Source: a bacterium
GTDB taxonomy: Bacteria; Patescibacteriota; Minisyncoccia; Phycocordibacterales; UBA2100
Assembly (NCBI GenBank): GCA_021781955.1
Contig: JAJXVV010000005.1
Location: 1-53,246, forward strand
Length of the DNA stretch: 53,246 nucleotides
Direction: 5' to 3'
In this document: positions 35,894-43,901 of the stretch, piece by piece
Layout of the letters: each line of letters opens with the position of its first letter
How positions within the stretch are numbered: the first letter of the stretch is position 1
Notes under the pieces: model-generated
The model's database searches: none
Seen by the model: only the letters and a program-made list of their open reading frames with translations
Told to the model about the DNA's origin: nothing
Translations under genes and position numbers: made by a program

Positions 35894-37033
35894 TTACTGG
35901 TACTGTATGTATATCGGCGCCGGGGTGAGCTGAAGCACTTGTTGCGGGGTCATCATACCGGTCGAGGGTAGTTTGGTGTCGTTCTTATAGAAGAGCTTGA
36001 AGCCGGTGAACTGCACCGGTTCCGGCGCGATGACGGTGTTATACGTATTGATCTTTTTCGCGGGGAAACCCCAGCCGTCCATGTCCATCACGATCTGCAC
36101 CTCTGGCAGCGGCTTGATGGCGGCGGCGTGCGTCACCATGTCCTCGGTGAAGCGATGCACGATGAGTATTTTCGGCGGCAAGCTGTGCGCTTTCACGATT
36201 CCGGCAAGGTACTGCGCGACCCAGTTGACGTCGGTCGCGTCGAACGTGCCGATCTCGCGGCCCGGCGGCACGCCGTCTTTCATGGAGAACTCGGGATCGA
36301 TGCCGACGTGCACATTGGGCAGCTCGAGATACTTCTCATACTGCGGCAGCTCTTTTTGCACCGTGCTCAACCCGACCTGGAAATCGAGGAAGACGAGTCC
36401 GTGTATCTGCTCGGCGAGCGCGAGCGCTTTCTCCACCTGATCGTCAGGCATGCGCGCGCGGTACATGCCGTCCTTGCCTGGCTGTCCCTGCGCGGTCACC
36501 ACAATGTAGTGAATGGCGGGTATGACGGGCGTCGAGGGATCGGCTGCGCGCCACATCGCGGTCGTTGAGGCGAGCCTCGCGAGCACGACGTCGGGCGGAT
36601 ATTCGCCCAAGACGCCCATGCCGGTCGAGTAGAAGTTGCCGTAGTACGCGACGATGCGGTTGAACGGCAGCAGGGCGCCGGCATCTGGATACGCCGCGCG
36701 CACTGGCCAGAGCGGCTTCTTTTGCGCAGTCGTCGTGGGAGTGCCGTTCGCCGTGAGCGGGGTCGTCGTGCCGGCCAGATACGCGTAGTACCACGGACTC
36801 GTGTTCGGCACATGCGCGAGCGCGAGGAGCCTTTTATCGTACGCAATTTTATCGAGCACTGGTACTGATGCGGGCGGCGGGTCGGACTGAACGGCTTGCT
36901 GCGCCGCAGGCCGCTTGAACGAGATGTTCGGCGCGAGCACCGTCAACGACGCGAGGACGGCGCACGCGACGAGCGTCGTCGCCCCGGCGCCGAGCGCGAC
37001 ACTATACCACCTTGTGGGGATCCGGCGCTTCAT
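35894..37033 (-). CDS. Conserved hypothetical exported/membrane-anchored protein
   Basis: N-terminal hydrophobic segment; folded-looking C-terminal domain (RIVAYYG, LDFQVG, GIDPEF, IVHRF, MDGWG, FKLFYKND); codon style matches host genes. Confidence 0.75.
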   Translation of the reverse strand: MKRRIPTRWYSVALGAGATTLVACAVLASLTVLAPNISFKRPAAQQAVQSDPPPASVPVLDKIAYDKRLLALAHVPNTSPWYYAYLAGTTTPLTANGTPTTTAQKKPLWPVRAAYPDAGALLPFNRIVAYYGNFYSTGMGVLGEYPPDVVLARLASTTAMWRAADPSTPVIPAIHYIVVTAQGQPGKDGMYRARMPDDQVEKALALAEQIHGLVFLDFQVGLSTVQKELPQYEKYLELPNVHVGIDPEFSMKDGVPPGREIGTFDATDVNWVAQYLAGIVKAHSLPPKILIVHRFTEDMVTHAAAIKPLPEVQIVMDMDGWGFPAKKINTYNTVIAPEPVQFTGFKLFYKNDTKLPSTGMMTPQQVLQLTPAPIYIQYQ

Positions 37034-37268
37034 GGGACTCGTGAGACGGCATTGAGTGCCCCGCGGACGCATCCGATGGCGTCAATGCTTCCAGGCGGCG
37101 TTGCGCCGTTTCCCATTCGCCGCGGCGTCTGCGAACGACAATGCCGAGCGCGATCACAAACACGCCGATGATGAAGAAGAGCGGTTTATAAATTGAAGGC
37201 GGGAAACCCGCGACCGAAAGGAAGGCCACGAGCGCGCCGGAGAGCATGACGAGGGCATCGAGCGTCAT
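37002..37268 (-). CDS. Small two-TM membrane protein (88 aa)
   Basis: MTLDALVMLSGALVAFLSVAGFP and LFFIIGVFVIALGIVVRRRR hydrophobic segments; a TATACT -10 lies just upstream. Confidence 0.7.
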   Translation of the reverse strand: MTLDALVMLSGALVAFLSVAGFPPSIYKPLFFIIGVFVIALGIVVRRRRGEWETAQRRLEALTPSDASAGHSMPSHESHEAPDPHKVV

Positions 37269-37286
37269 GGCGGGAGTATAGCACGA

Positions 37287-38306
37287 CTACTTTGCTCCGT
37301 GGCTCTCGTCGAGATGTTCGAGCCATTTCTCGACCAGGTCTGTCCTGGTGATGTGCGGCAACGAACTGGCGAGCTTGCGCAGTTCCTGCGCGGAGTCGGC
37401 AGCGGCGACCCGTTCGCTGAAGTCGTTCCCGAACAGGTCAGAAAAAAGGTCGCGTATCTCGCGTAATGAAAGCTCGCCGCTGAAATATTCCCGCACGAAC
37501 CCCCGCCATACGATCTCGGTCGAGATGCCGGCATACCTTGCCATTGCATCGGCCAAAGCCATGACCAGATACCGCGCCGCATCGTAGTTATCCGCATCAC
37601 GCGCGATATCTTCGACGAGGGTATCAGCGACCGCCCCGCGATTCACGTTCGGATACCGCTGCACGTATTCCCACAGAACCTCGTGCGAGATCTGCTCGGT
37701 TATTCCCTCATTGAGCAAACGAAAAAGTGAACGGGTGTGGGAATCAGGACCCCCATCGCTTCGCATGACCCAATTGGCCGCAGCTCCCTGTTCGAACCCG
37801 TAGCGCCAATACGTGGACACGCAATCGACCTTGTCGATGACATGACGGTCCAATCCGATACTTACGACGCCGGTCCCATGCGTCCATTCGTGGAAGATCG
37901 TCCTGATGAACCTGATCCAATCTTTGGACGACCCTCCCCCTTTCGCGCGGAACTGCGCATCGAACTCGGCGACATTCACCTGCACCGAGTTCGTGAGAGC
38001 TCTATAGTCCATTATGCCCTTCAGTTCCGACAAAAAATAGATCCGTTCGGGCGCATTGAACCTCTCCAGCGAAACCCCCGATCGCACCGCATACTCAATG
38101 AACAGGTCCGTGACCACCTGCCAATCGATCGCGTGCGTCCAATTGATGAGAACTTGTGCCGTCTCAGGATATGCGCCGAGCGCTTTTTCCTCCTCTTTCT
38201 CGAGTTTCTCCGTCTCAAAATCCCTCACGCGACCAGTTACCTCGTTGTCCATGACAACGCGGCCGCCGAGTATCTTCTTACCGTTACCGGGAGGGATCTG
38301 TTCCAT
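37287..38306 (-). CDS. Hypothetical protein with zincin-like HExxH motif
   Basis: IFHEWTHG followed by LLNEGITEQIS; no signal peptide. Confidence 0.65.
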   Translation of the reverse strand: MEQIPPGNGKKILGGRVVMDNEVTGRVRDFETEKLEKEEEKALGAYPETAQVLINWTHAIDWQVVTDLFIEYAVRSGVSLERFNAPERIYFLSELKGIMDYRALTNSVQVNVAEFDAQFRAKGGGSSKDWIRFIRTIFHEWTHGTGVVSIGLDRHVIDKVDCVSTYWRYGFEQGAAANWVMRSDGGPDSHTRSLFRLLNEGITEQISHEVLWEYVQRYPNVNRGAVADTLVEDIARDADNYDAARYLVMALADAMARYAGISTEIVWRGFVREYFSGELSLREIRDLFSDLFGNDFSERVAAADSAQELRKLASSLPHITRTDLVEKWLEHLDESHGAK

Positions 38307-38323
38307 AGATGACGTGTTTGCGT

Positions 38324-38992
38324 CTAGCAGTGGACGATCACGACGAATTCGCCGCGAACGGCGCCTTTTTTCTCAAGCGCCTCCGCCACGACAAGCGGCT
38401 CACCCTCCAGAAATTCTTCGTGCAGCTTCGTGAGCTCGCGCGCGATAGCGACCTTCGCGACGCCCGCGCTGGAGAGTTCGCGCAGCAGTTTGAGGATGCG
38501 GTGCGGAGACTCATAGAGAACGACCGGCACAAGGCTTGCCGCGACAAATTTCAGGGCGGTCTGCCTTCCCTTCTTGTGCGGCAGGAAGCCGAGGAACAGG
38601 AATTCATCGGAACCGAGACCGGCGATGGAAAGCGCGGCGGCGAGCGCCGAGGGGCCTGGTATCGCCTCGATGCGGCCGCCGGCTTCGCGGGCGGCCGCCA
38701 CGAGCCGAGCGCCCGGATCCGATATCGCCGGCGTCCCTGCGTCGGAAACGAGTACCACGTGCTCTCCTGCCTCCAGCCGCGTGATGACCTCCCCGGATTT
38801 CCTGTGTTCGGTCGCCGCATCGAGCCGCTGAAGCGGTTTTGCTATTTCATACTGCGCGAGCAATTTTGCGATGACGCGCGTATCCTCCGCGTAAATAACG
38901 TCGCATTCCTTGAGCGTCCGCAGCGCGCGCAGCGTGATGTCTTCCAAGTTCCCTATCGGGGTTGCGACGACGGAAAGTTTGCCCGCGCTCAT
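38324..38992 (-). CDS. rsmI: 16S rRNA (cytidine1402-2'-O)-methyltransferase
   Basis: VVATPIGNLEDITLRA, IYAEDTR, LVSDAGTPAISDPG, PGPSA, LYESPHR, ARELTKLHEE, RGEFV. Confidence 0.96.
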   Translation of the reverse strand: MSAGKLSVVATPIGNLEDITLRALRTLKECDVIYAEDTRVIAKLLAQYEIAKPLQRLDAATEHRKSGEVITRLEAGEHVVLVSDAGTPAISDPGARLVAAAREAGGRIEAIPGPSALAAALSIAGLGSDEFLFLGFLPHKKGRQTALKFVAASLVPVVLYESPHRILKLLRELSSAGVAKVAIARELTKLHEEFLEGEPLVVAEALEKKGAVRGEFVVIVHC

Positions 38993-39627
38993 ACGTTGAT
39001 GAGCATACGCAAAAGCTCCTCCGGCGTCGAGACCACCTCTACGCCGGCCTTCTCAAGCGCTTCCGCGCTGTTGAGCCCCCAGGCAACGCCAAACATCGCA
39101 ATGCCCGCTTTCTTGCATGCGGCAAGATCGCGCAATTCGTCGCCCACGTAGACCGTCGATGCCGCAGCGAATCGATGCCGGCGTAGCACCGCCCGAAGCG
39201 CGGACCCTTTCCGGAAGCTGCTCGTCCCCGCATCGACAAAATCAAGCTCGACCCGCGCTTCGTCGAGCACCTGCTCAACGACGCTCGGCACCCCGGAGGA
39301 GACGACGCCGACGACCGCGCCGCGCGACCGCAGTTGCGAGACGACCTCCGCGACGCCCGGAAAGAGCTGCGGCCGCTTGCGCGTCTTGGCGAATTCTTCC
39401 TTCGCCCTTTTTTCCAGACGCAGCCACGTGCGCACCCTCCACAGCGGGATACCGAGCCGTTCCGCGACAAGCTCCTTTTGCGACAATGCCCGCAGCTGCG
39501 GCAACTCTTCCGCAGTGATCGGCGCGAAGCCGAATTCGTCTGAAACCGCATTCAGCGCGCTGATCATGAGCGGCTCGCTGTCGGCGAGCGTGCCATCGAA
39601 ATCGAATATGACAGTCCGGTACTTCAT
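38989..39627 (-). CDS. HAD-IA family hydrolase (phosphoglycolate-phosphatase-like)
   Basis: IFDFDGTLADS, VYVGDELRD, GVAWG. Confidence 0.9.
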   Translation of the reverse strand: MKYRTVIFDFDGTLADSEPLMISALNAVSDEFGFAPITAEELPQLRALSQKELVAERLGIPLWRVRTWLRLEKRAKEEFAKTRKRPQLFPGVAEVVSQLRSRGAVVGVVSSGVPSVVEQVLDEARVELDFVDAGTSSFRKGSALRAVLRRHRFAAASTVYVGDELRDLAACKKAGIAMFGVAWGLNSAEALEKAGVEVVSTPEELLRMLINV

Positions 39628-39629
39628 CG

Positions 39630-40922
39630 CTATTCTGCTATTTGTTCCGCGACTTTATAAATATCGCCCGCGCCCATCGTGATGATGAGCGCCGAACCAT
39701 CTTCCGCAAGCAGTCGGTCGCGTATCTCGTCGAAGGAATCGAGCGCGACGACGTTGCCGCCGAGGCGCTGCGCCTCCTGCGCGAGCGTGTGGTGCGAAAC
39801 GGCCGGATCGACCGGTTCACGTGCCGCGTATATCGGCGCGACGAGCGCGACGTCGGCGCTCGCGAGCGCGGTCGCGAAGCCGCTCAAAAGGCTCTTCGTG
39901 CGGCTGTAGAGGTGCGGATGGAACGCGATGACGATGCGCTTGCCGGGAAAGTGTTCGCGTACGGCGGTGATGGTCGCGCGGATCGCGGTCGGGTGATGCG
40001 CGTAGTCGTCGTACACCAAAGCGCCTTTCGGCGTCTCACCGCGATACTCGAGCCGCCGCCACGAACCGCGGAACGCGGCGAGCGCGGCATCGGCGACCTC
40101 TGCGGGGATGTCGGGGAACGCGGCACGCGCCGCCGCTTTTGCGGCGCGCGCGTTCGCACGATTGAACTCGCCGATGAGATGCAGCCGCGGCACCGATTCC
40201 TCGGAATAATCGATGATCGGCGCCGAGGCGCGCGCGATGACCGGCGCGATGTTCGGATTTAGCGGATCGGTGATGATACGCCCGTGCGCAGGCACTTTCT
40301 CCACCGCCGTGCGGAAGGTCGCCTGCAGCGCGTCGAGGTCGGGGAAGTAATCGGTGTGATCGAGCTCGAGGTTGGTGATGACGAGTACCTCGGGCAAGAG
40401 ATTGAGCACGTGCTCACGGTACTCGCACGCTTCGACGACAAAAAGGCCTGGGTCGCCCGCGAGGAAATTCGAACCTCCCTCGGGCGGGAAATCGCGCACG
40501 ATCGAACCGACGATGGCGGTCGGCTCCTTCCCCGCTGCGCGCAGGATCTGCGCGAGCATGCCGGTCGTCGTCGTCTTGCCGTGCGTGCCCGCGACCGCGA
40601 GCGTGCGCGCCGATGCCGAGACGATGCCGAGCGCTTCGAAGTATGAAAGCTGCGGCAGCTTCATCTGCGCAGCGCGATCGCGCTCGACGTTGTCCTCGGG
40701 AATGGCATCGCTATAGATCAAAAGCTCCGACTCGGCGGGAATATTGCAGCTATCATGTCCAACGACGACCGGCATGCCGCGCTCTCGCAGCATCGTCGTG
40801 ATGGGTGACTCTGCTCTATCGGATCCGCTCACCTGCTTGCCCTGATGCTTCAAGAGCTGCGCGAGAGCGGACATCCCGATCCCTCCGATGCCGACCATAT
40901 AGATGCGCTGTGGAAGTTCCAT
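39630..40922 (-). CDS. murC: UDP-N-acetylmuramate--L-alanine ligase
   Basis: GIGGIGMSALA, VSGSD, VAGTHGKTTT, VVEACEY, TNLELDH, DDYAHHP, FHPHLYSRT, MGAGDI. Start MELPQRIY (40922). Confidence 0.95.
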   Translation of the reverse strand: MELPQRIYMVGIGGIGMSALAQLLKHQGKQVSGSDRAESPITTMLRERGMPVVVGHDSCNIPAESELLIYSDAIPEDNVERDRAAQMKLPQLSYFEALGIVSASARTLAVAGTHGKTTTTGMLAQILRAAGKEPTAIVGSIVRDFPPEGGSNFLAGDPGLFVVEACEYREHVLNLLPEVLVITNLELDHTDYFPDLDALQATFRTAVEKVPAHGRIITDPLNPNIAPVIARASAPIIDYSEESVPRLHLIGEFNRANARAAKAAARAAFPDIPAEVADAALAAFRGSWRRLEYRGETPKGALVYDDYAHHPTAIRATITAVREHFPGKRIVIAFHPHLYSRTKSLLSGFATALASADVALVAPIYAAREPVDPAVSHHTLAQEAQRLGGNVVALDSFDEIRDRLLAEDGSALIITMGAGDIYKVAEQIAE

Positions 40923-40926
40923 AGGC

Positions 40927-42258
40927 TTATGAAAGCGCGCGCGCGAGCCGCATGAACTCATCGTTGCGCTCATACTCGTTGCGGAACATGCCGAACGAGG
41001 CGAATGCGGGCGAGAAGAGGAGCGTTGCGACGTCTTTGTGCGCGAGCGCGGCCTGTATCGCCTCGGAGAGCGACGCTGCCTCCTCGACGCGAGTGCTCGC
41101 TGCCTTGAGCGCCTCCGCAAGCCGGACCGATCCGCCGTAGTTCTCGTGGGTGAGCAGCACGACGTGCGAGCAATGCACCCGTATCTGCGTCACGAGATCG
41201 TCGAGCGCGAGACCCTTGTCGGAACCGCCGACGATGAGCGCGATATCCAGGCCGAGCGCTTTGAGCGCGGCGACGGTCGCCTCTGGCGTCGTCGCGCTGT
41301 TGTCGTTGTAGATGCGCACACCCTGGTGCTCGCGCACGAACTGCAGCCGACCTTCGACCGGTTTGAAAGAAGCGAGCCCGGCACGCACGTCCTTGCGCAG
41401 TATGCCCATCGCTTCGAGCGCGGCGGAGGCTAAGGCGGCGTTGTAGAGATTGTGCTCGCCGAGCAGGTGCGGGCACCACTCGGGTTCCAGCGGATCGCGA
41501 GGCTGGACGCGGTACACGTTGGCGGCCGGACGGTATTGATTGATGCGCTCCGCAAGGTCGGGATCGTGCACGAGGATGTCGCCGTCCTTCTGGTAGCGGA
41601 AGATGTTGGCTTTGTCCGTGAAGTACTCGTCCATGTTCTTGTAGTAGTTCTGATGGTCAGGCATGAAGTTGGTGAAGATGGCGACGTGCGGACTGATGCC
41701 CAGATCGCCGAAGCCCTGGAGTTGCCACGAGTCGAGCTCGAGCACGGCGACATCGCCCTTGCGCACGAGAGGCAAGAGCGCGAGCGTCGAGATGCCGCGC
41801 ACGTTGCCGCCTAAAAATACCCGCTTGTGCACACGCGCCAGGACCTCATGCATCATTTGTACGACCGTGGATTTGCCGCGCGTGCCCGTGACGCCGACGA
41901 CCTGCGCGCCCGCCTCCATCGCGTACTTGGCGAAGAGCGCCGTCGACATGTAGACCGGCACGCGCGCACTGCGCGCCACAGCAATCTCAGGCGAATCGAG
42001 CGGCACGCCCGCGCCCTTGATAACCATGTCGCACGCGCTGAAATCCTCGATGCGGTGCCCGCCGAGATGGAAGGTGATGCCGGGATACCCTTTGAGCGCT
42101 TCGAGTGACGGCGCGAGTTCCTCCGCCGTTTTTTTGTCGGTCACCGTGAGCGTGGCGCCGCAGCGCGCCAAAAAAGCCGCATCCCCTACCCCGCGTCCCA
42201 AAAGCCCGAGCCCCATGAGCGTAATACGCTTGCCGCGGAACAGATGCTCGCACTCCAT
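40927..42258 (-). CDS. murD: UDP-N-acetylmuramoyl-L-alanine--D-glutamate ligase
   Basis: GLGLLGRG, VGVTGTRGKST, GGNV, VLELDSWQL, NFMPDHQN, YNDNSAT, LIVGGSDK, LFSPAFASF..F.NEYER. Confidence 0.95.
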   Translation of the reverse strand: MECEHLFRGKRITLMGLGLLGRGVGDAAFLARCGATLTVTDKKTAEELAPSLEALKGYPGITFHLGGHRIEDFSACDMVIKGAGVPLDSPEIAVARSARVPVYMSTALFAKYAMEAGAQVVGVTGTRGKSTVVQMMHEVLARVHKRVFLGGNVRGISTLALLPLVRKGDVAVLELDSWQLQGFGDLGISPHVAIFTNFMPDHQNYYKNMDEYFTDKANIFRYQKDGDILVHDPDLAERINQYRPAANVYRVQPRDPLEPEWCPHLLGEHNLYNAALASAALEAMGILRKDVRAGLASFKPVEGRLQFVREHQGVRIYNDNSATTPEATVAALKALGLDIALIVGGSDKGLALDDLVTQIRVHCSHVVLLTHENYGGSVRLAEALKAASTRVEEAASLSEAIQAALAHKDVATLLFSPAFASFGMFRNEYERNDEFMRLARALS

Positions 42259-42272
42259 GCGACAACTATAGC

Positions 42273-43070
42273 TTACTCCCCGAGATAGGCACGCTCCGCG
42301 TGAACCGGCTGCCCGAACAAGATTGAGCCGAGGCGATCGAACGTCTCGACGTCGCCGGTCGTGAAAATGCGCGGCGGTTTGCCTTTATCGAGCCGTGCCT
42401 CTATTTCCGGATGCCGCTTGAGATATGCGGCAAGGCTCTGGGGCACAACATCACGATCTGAAATGATCTCGATATCCTCGCCCGCAGCCTCGCGAACGTA
42501 CGGCTCAAGGATGCCATAGTGCGTACAGCCGAGCACAAGTGTATCTATCCCCTCGGCGACGAGCGGACGCACACACGCGGCGACGGCCGACCGCGCCTCA
42601 TCCGAGTCTTGTTCGCCCTCTTCTACGAGCGGGACCAATCGCGGGCACGCTTGCTGCACGATCGTCATGTCTGGTACGAGCTTCGTAAGTTCGCGGACGT
42701 ACGCGCCGGAGCGCACGGTGCCTTCGGTCGCCATAACGCCTACCTGCTTCGATCGACTGCGCGCGGCTGCCGCTTCCGCAAAAGGAATGAGCACGCCGAG
42801 CACTTTCCGCGTCGCGCCGTATTCCACCTGCACCTTCCGCAACGCTTCGCTCGATGCCGTGTTGCAGGCAAGGATCACGAGCGTCGCTCCCTGCCCGAAG
42901 AGGAAGTCGACCCCCTGTTTGGTAAAACGGTACACCTCTTCTTGCGAGCGCGAGCCGTACGGGGCGCGGGCGCTGTCGCCGAGGTAGAGGCAGGAGTACT
43001 GCGGCAGCCGCGCGACCATGCCGCGCAACACATGCAGCCCGCCGAAACCGGAATCAAAGACGCCGAGCAT
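42273..43070 (-). CDS. murI: Glutamate racemase
   Basis: GVFDSGFGGL, YLGDSARAPYG, ILACNTAS, MATEGT, LVLGCTHY. Confidence 0.96.
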   Translation of the reverse strand: MLGVFDSGFGGLHVLRGMVARLPQYSCLYLGDSARAPYGSRSQEEVYRFTKQGVDFLFGQGATLVILACNTASSEALRKVQVEYGATRKVLGVLIPFAEAAAARSRSKQVGVMATEGTVRSGAYVRELTKLVPDMTIVQQACPRLVPLVEEGEQDSDEARSAVAACVRPLVAEGIDTLVLGCTHYGILEPYVREAAGEDIEIISDRDVVPQSLAAYLKRHPEIEARLDKGKPPRIFTTGDVETFDRLGSILFGQPVHAERAYLGE

Positions 43071-43145
43071 GGTCCGTACTATAGCTGAGAAACGCGCGTA
43101 CCGCCGTGTCTAGTTGCGCACGCGGCGCTCCGATGTAGAATGCGC

Positions 43146-43240
43146 GGCACGGTTGAGTGTGGAAGTGAGGTGAAATCCCTCCACTGTGCCGCAACGGTAA
43201 TGTCCCCTCGGGGAACGAGTCCGGTCTTCACCAGCCGTTA
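43146..43240 (+). promoter_or_regulatory. Cobalamin (B12) riboswitch aptamer
   Basis: GGAAGTGAGG-TGAAAT-CCCTC T-loop hairpin, ACTGT-GCCGCA-ACGGT hairpin, GAGTCCGG B12-box-like tract, closing helix ACGGTTG (43149-43155) / CAGCCGT (43231-43237). Confidence 0.88.
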
Positions 43241-43281
43241 TCCCGAGCAGGAATCTTCGTGCGAATACGCGCGAAAAAGAT

Positions 43282-43308
43282 ATCTCCGCTCGGGCGGAGA
43301 TTTATTTT
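43282..43308 (+). terminator. Riboswitch expression-platform terminator
   Basis: ATCTCCGC-TCGG-GCGGAGAT followed by TTATTTT, immediately before the ATG at 43309. Confidence 0.75.
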
Positions 43309-43875
43309 ATGAACAAACGATATTACGCGTACTACCTCATCGCGACGGCGGCCATTTGCGTCGTTTCGCTCGTGAGCCTTTACAATTCCACGCACCAGAC
43401 CCTGCTTACCGTCGCGCCTTCCCCGTTCGCGCCAGCGGCACCGACCTCGACCGCAAAGGCGGCAGCGGCGCGTGCGCCGCTGCCGCCTAAGCCCGCCCCT
43501 GCAGCCTTACCTGCGGCGGCGTTGAACGCTCCGGCAGCGACGACTACTACCGCGCCAACGACGGCGGCGACGGTTCCCGCACCGGACATCACGGTCGCCG
43601 TCGGGAGCACCACCTATCGCCTATATGCTCCGCAAGGCGCTACCGTGCTCGACGCGATGCGAACGCTCGCCTCGACGACCGGCTTCACGTTCTCAGGTCG
43701 CACGTATCCGAGCCTCGGCGTCTTCGTCGAATCCATCAACGGTACAGCGAACGCCCACGGCTACTATTGGACGCTCTATCTCGACGGCACCTACTCGCAG
43801 ACAGGCGTATCTCAAACGACACTTCGCGCGGGTGACACGGTGGAGTGGCGGTACGAAAACGGTCCGCAGCAATAA
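43309..43875 (+). CDS. Membrane-anchored DUF4430 (transcobalamin beta-domain-like) protein
   Basis: N-terminal TM, Pro/Ala/Thr linker, then TVLDAM...LGVFVESING...YYWTLYLDG...GVSQTTLRAGDTVEWRY. Confidence 0.85.
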   Translation: MNKRYYAYYLIATAAICVVSLVSLYNSTHQTLLTVAPSPFAPAAPTSTAKAAAARAPLPPKPAPAALPAAALNAPAATTTTAPTTAATVPAPDITVAVGSTTYRLYAPQGATVLDAMRTLASTTGFTFSGRTYPSLGVFVESINGTANAHGYYWTLYLDGTYSQTGVSQTTLRAGDTVEWRYENGPQQ

Positions 43876-43901
43876 TTAATCGTTAGCGATATTTTGTGCG
43901 C

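Noticed and set aside
5182-35933. Long plus-strand ORFs such as 5182..6762, 6820..8067, 23354..24838, 27155..29629 and 33627..35933
   Set aside because: Antisense shadows of well-identified GC-rich genes, with Arg/Ala/His-rich composition and no recognisable motifs.
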